Of a stretch of 64,000 nucleotides of DNA, positions 60,378 through 64,000 are shown one piece after another. This DNA is from Eukaryota sp. TZLM1-RC. Its lineage: Eukaryota > Protista > Metamonada: BaSk clade. The position numbers were made by a program, and so were the translations under genes. Position 1 is the stretch's first letter. Each line of letters begins with the position of its first letter. Location of the stretch: assembly GCA_040285825.1 (NCBI GenBank), contig JAUPSS010000007.1, positions 1,401,996 through 1,465,995 of the forward strand, in the 5' to 3' direction. The notes beneath the pieces are model-generated. The model did no database searches, was not told the origin of the DNA, and worked only from the letters and a program-made list of their open reading frames with translations.

Positions 60378-61691
60378 TCAGAAATTATAGGGGCTACAAC
60401 AGGCAGTTAGAGATGTGGATGGATCTCCCGTTACCCATTGTCTAAACTCTCGTTGTTTTGTGAACGAGTTACCATGTTGTTGGGTGTAGTTGTTAGGACG
60501 GCTCCTATACGTGGATACAGCTGATCGTTCCGTATGAATGTTATTTAGAGCGTCTGCATCAAACCAGGGGGTTACTGGTTCAAGCTTGTCTGGTTCACTA
60601 CTATCCTCCTGCTCCATAAATTCCCTAAAATATGTGGGAGCACCCTCTGTCAGCTCCGTGTAATTATGGATTTCCGTATCAAAGTTAGGATCAAACCAGG
60701 CAGGCAATTTGGATTGTAGGATGTCTTCCGAGTCGGTCCTACTTCTCTGTTCGATGGAGAGAAACCTTATTCTCCTGCCGTATTGATCTAGGAAGGAGGC
60801 CTTCCAATCCAATCTATCTTTGATGGGAAGAGACATCAATTCATTGATTCTCTTGTCCATTCCAGAGATTCTGGGGCGGCGTTCTGCGTTACGCCCGAAT
60901 GTCTCTCTACTCAATTTATCGAGTGCCTTTATGAGTTCGTTCCTTTCATTGAGGGGAATTTCCAATACCTTTTGGGTATCCCCAATCATTCCGAGGGTCT
61001 GGAAACCAACGTTTCTGCCTCTTTTTTGAACGTAACTCCATAAAGGGGGAAGTTGCTCGAACAGACAGAAATCTGTTGGTTCGAGGTAAGCCTCCGCGTC
61101 CTTTCTTAATAACTTGTAGAACCCCTCAGAAGAGTCGTCTTCTCCCTCCATTTCATCTAGTTGAGATTGAATTTCTTCATATTCTCCTAATGGGGAAGAC
61201 GTGTCTAAGGTGGGATCTCCATCCGTTCCCTTTGAGACAGGTTCTAGAGTTGGGAGGGGAGAGGGAGCCGGGTCCGTTCTCGTAACCTCATCTGTTACTT
61301 TTTTCCTGAGGGGAGAGGGAGCCGGGTCCGTTCTCGTAACCTCATCTGTTACTTTTTTCCTGAGGGGAGAGGGAGCCGGGTCCGTTCTCGTAACCTCATC
61401 TGTTACTTTTTTCCTGAGGGGAGAGGGAGCCGGGTCCGTTCTCGTAACCTCATCTGTTACTTTTTTCCTGAGGGGAGAGGGAGCCGGGTCCGTTCTCGTT
61501 ACCTCTTCTGTTGTTGAAGATGGAGGGACCTCGTCCACTCTTTCATCTTCTTCTACATTAAGGGAGGGGGAGGTGGGATCCGGGTCCGTTGCCTCGTTGC
61601 CCTCTATATCATGGGTATGTGATGCTGGTACCTGCTGCATATTAAGTGGTGGATTAGAGTCAGAGATATCTGGTTGGGAGATGTCTGACAT
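60378..61691 (-). CDS. Gypsy-1 ORF1 / N-terminal extension of Gag
   Basis: 437-aa ORF just inside the 5' LTR. LPAWF and STYRSRPNN are shared with Gypsy-3 ORF 22547..23926. Confidence 0.75.
   Translation of the reverse strand: MSDISQPDISDSNPPLNMQQVPASHTHDIEGNEATDPDPTSPSLNVEEDERVDEVPPSSTTEEVTRTDPAPSPLRKKVTDEVTRTDPAPSPLRKKVTDEVTRTDPAPSPLRKKVTDEVTRTDPAPSPLRKKVTDEVTRTDPAPSPLPTLEPVSKGTDGDPTLDTSSPLGEYEEIQSQLDEMEGEDDSSEGFYKLLRKDAEAYLEPTDFCLFEQLPPLWSYVQKRGRNVGFQTLGMIGDTQKVLEIPLNERNELIKALDKLSRETFGRNAERRPRISGMDKRINELMSLPIKDRLDWKASFLDQYGRRIRFLSIEQRSRTDSEDILQSKLPAWFDPNFDTEIHNYTELTEGAPTYFREFMEQEDSSEPDKLEPVTPWFDADALNNIHTERSAVSTYRSRPNNYTQQHGNSFTKQREFRQWVTGDPSTSLTACCSPYNF
61256..61510 (-). repeat. 54-bp coding tandem repeat x~4.6 (EVTRTDPAPSPLRKKVTD)
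   Basis: gagggagccg recurs at 61261, 61315, 61369, 61423 and 61477. Confidence 0.95.
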
Positions 61692-61768
61692 GCTGTAAAG
61701 TGTCTGAAGATGTTCGCTAATGCTGAAGTTATGGTATACCTTTTGACTTTAAAATGGCCAATAATTAT

Positions 61769-61847
61769 TGTTGCCTAAAGTCTATTGTAGTAAAGAAAAG
61801 TCTGATTTATTTTCTATTCATATTATATAAGCCTTAGGGCGCCAACA
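61769..61847 (-). repeat. Gypsy-1 5' LTR (79 bp)
   Basis: Contains TATATAA and AATAAA; identical to the 3' LTR. Confidence 0.96.
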
Positions 61848-64000
61848 GAATAGCATCAATTGAATATAATTTGGCTTGAATTTCAATATCATCAATTATT
61901 GTGGAAACTGGAGAATTCGATAACAAAACACATTTAAGTAAATTAAGTCGGAGACCAATTTTGGTAAATAATTCTTTAAAACATACAGTTGCTTTTTTCA
62001 CAATATTTAATTCACCAATAAGCACAACATCATCCATATATGCAATCATTTTTAGTGAAGGAAACATCTCTTGAATTTGCAGTAGAATAGGATGAATGGC
62101 CAAACAAAACAAAAGAGGTCCTAACGGATCTCCTTGCTTTACGCCACTTGATGAAATCAAAATGTTGTTACCAAAATGTAAATTAGAATATGTGCAATAT
62201 GTTGATTGAAAATATGGTATTAATTCTGGCATATATTGCAATAGAGCACCATGGATACTGCGACGACTTAGCGAATTGAAAGCATTACTAAAATCCAATG
62301 ACATGCAAACATTGGATTCATTTTGACGAAATAAGACATCAGTAGCAAAAATCGCTGAAGAGACTCCATCTGTAGTATTTATACCATATTGAAAGGGTAA
62401 TAAAATCTTTTTAGCTTTTTCATTGAACCTGCCTAAGCAACACGCAGAAAAAATATTATGTAAGCTCTCAGAGACTGCAATAGGACGAACATCCATTTTT
62501 GAATTTTGACAAGTGCAGTCAAACGAGAACTTCTTAATTCTTCTGGGTACTTGCGTTGACCAGATAATATTTGGTTGAAAAATTTGGTCAATAAACCAAG
62601 GCAATCTTCTGAAGAAATAATCGCGGCTTTTACATGATCAATAGTAATACCAGAAAGTCCAGCAGACTTACCACGAGGTCTCTTTTTGATAACCGAAAAA
62701 CTTCTGATGGCATCAATGGATAATTTTCCCAGTATGTGCCGTAAAAATTTTGATCCATAACAGGGTCTTCATAAGGATGAAGTATTTTCAGTTTATCTAC
62801 TGTATTTTCATTGTTCGGTGCTTTGACTCCGGGACTTAAAGCTGACAAAGCCTTGGACCATTTGTTGTCAAAGCATTTGTCTTCAAAAATTTTACTTAAT
62901 TTCTCGGATGACTGATTTCTCGGTGCTATATTGGTTAAATCTTCGGAAATATTAACGAAATTTTGTTCAAAAGGAGGACAAAAAGAACCAAAAATTCCCA
63001 AATAATATTGATAGCATACTTTCCTTTACATAATTGATCCAAAAATCTTTGAAAAACGAAAGCAAATTCATTGCATTTTGTCGGATGAATTTCTTGAGGT
63101 ATTCTTATGGGAGGATGGTAGTTATCAACTATGCGGCATTTCAAGCAGCGATCAGAAGTTTTTCCTTTGCATTTTTCTAAAAGAAATACCACAAGTGTTG
63201 CAAGTTTTGTGCTTCAATCGATTGCTAACTGGTTTTGCAACAACTTGTGGAGCATTATTTATGGGTTCTACCTTAGACTCTTTCCTTCTAATAAATTTTC
63301 TTTTTACATTTTGTTTCAGAATTTGCCGCATCATTTTTCCAACATTGGGGCATGTTCGAGCATTATGTCCCTGTTGTCGACACTTTGAGCATCTGTAGGA
63401 GCGTGGCTTTGTTTTTGAACAAACTTTTTTTTCATCGTGATTGTCTAAAAATTCTTGATCAGAATTTTTTTTGTCCAAAAATGAAGAGAGAAGAGGTTGA
63501 GGAGGAGAGGTGGAAAGGACGTCTTGAGCATCTTGTTGACTATCGTTCTTTCTTTTGACTCCATTAGAATCAGAAACTGATTCAGACATCAACAAGAAAG
63601 AATAGAAGCAATGATCTCGGTTCAGCCAGGTTTTAAGTTAAACGGTTATATGTAGAGGAAGAAAAAAAACTAATTATTGAAAAGTTGTAACCATTGAAAT
63701 TTTTTCACTCTTATGAATTCAAATATGAATTTTCATTTGAGATATAATTGGATAATATTTCAAAATTTCAAGAATTTTCAATACGAAATAAAATCAAGGC
63801 GAAATCCATTGTATTGTTTTTTGAATTGGATTTTTGATAAAATGTCACTTTGTTTAGTAAAAAATAAATGAATTTGGATCATCAATTTTTTCAACATCTT
63901 TAATTTCTTTCATAAAACCAATATTTTCTTGGAAGGTCCCATCTGGTAAGGTTAAAAGAGTTCACAAAATGCCAGGATTAAGCCTTATTTATTGACAATA

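Larger units (their letters stand above)
54618..61847 (-). mobile_element. Ty3/Gypsy chromodomain-bearing LTR retrotransposon Gypsy-1, 7,230 bp
   Basis: Identical 79-bp LTRs, TSD GAAT (54614-54617, 61848-61851), PPT GAAAAGGGAAGAAGCAG at 54697-54713, and domain order Gag-PR-RT-RH-IN-chromo. Confidence 0.97.
53110..63666 (-). mobile_element. Near full-length CRE-C non-LTR retrotransposon (~3.3 kb of its own sequence) split by Gypsy-1
   Basis: N-terminal CCHC knuckle CSKCRQQGHNARTC. RT motifs VRPIAV, LDFSNAFN, GVKQGDPLGPLLF and AYMDD. Resumes after the Gypsy with HLGSFLG, GGLGW and the RLE. AACTAATTAT near both ends is a tentative TSD. Confidence 0.92.

Overview
AT-rich eukaryotic (probably flagellated protist) DNA dominated by nested transposons. 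There are three clear host genes: a CAMKK-like kinase with a 31-nt intron, an RCC1-propeller/LRR protein with a 15-unit RI-type LRR array, and a ~2,570-aa centriolin-like protein expanded by 687-bp and 252-bp tandem repeats. There is also one orphan membrane ORF. The rest is mostly mobile DNA. At least four CRE-clade (RT + restriction-like endonuclease) non-LTR families are present. Three distinct Ty3/Gypsy families have unusually short LTRs (79, 149 and 106 bp), 4-bp TSDs, a very long Gag region and no canonical tRNA primer-binding site; a palindrome spans the 5'-LTR end instead. A 227-bp MITE has a 6-bp TSD. The top finding is a degenerate Fanzor (eukaryotic TnpB-like RNA-guided nuclease) gene at 27271-28476 with all three RuvC catalytic residues. 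It is followed immediately by a ~200-260-nt strongly structured plus-strand RNA (GNRA tetraloops, many G-U pairs), the likely omegaRNA scaffold. All calls were made by eye from the sequence and ORF track; no searches were run, and fragment boundaries are approximate.
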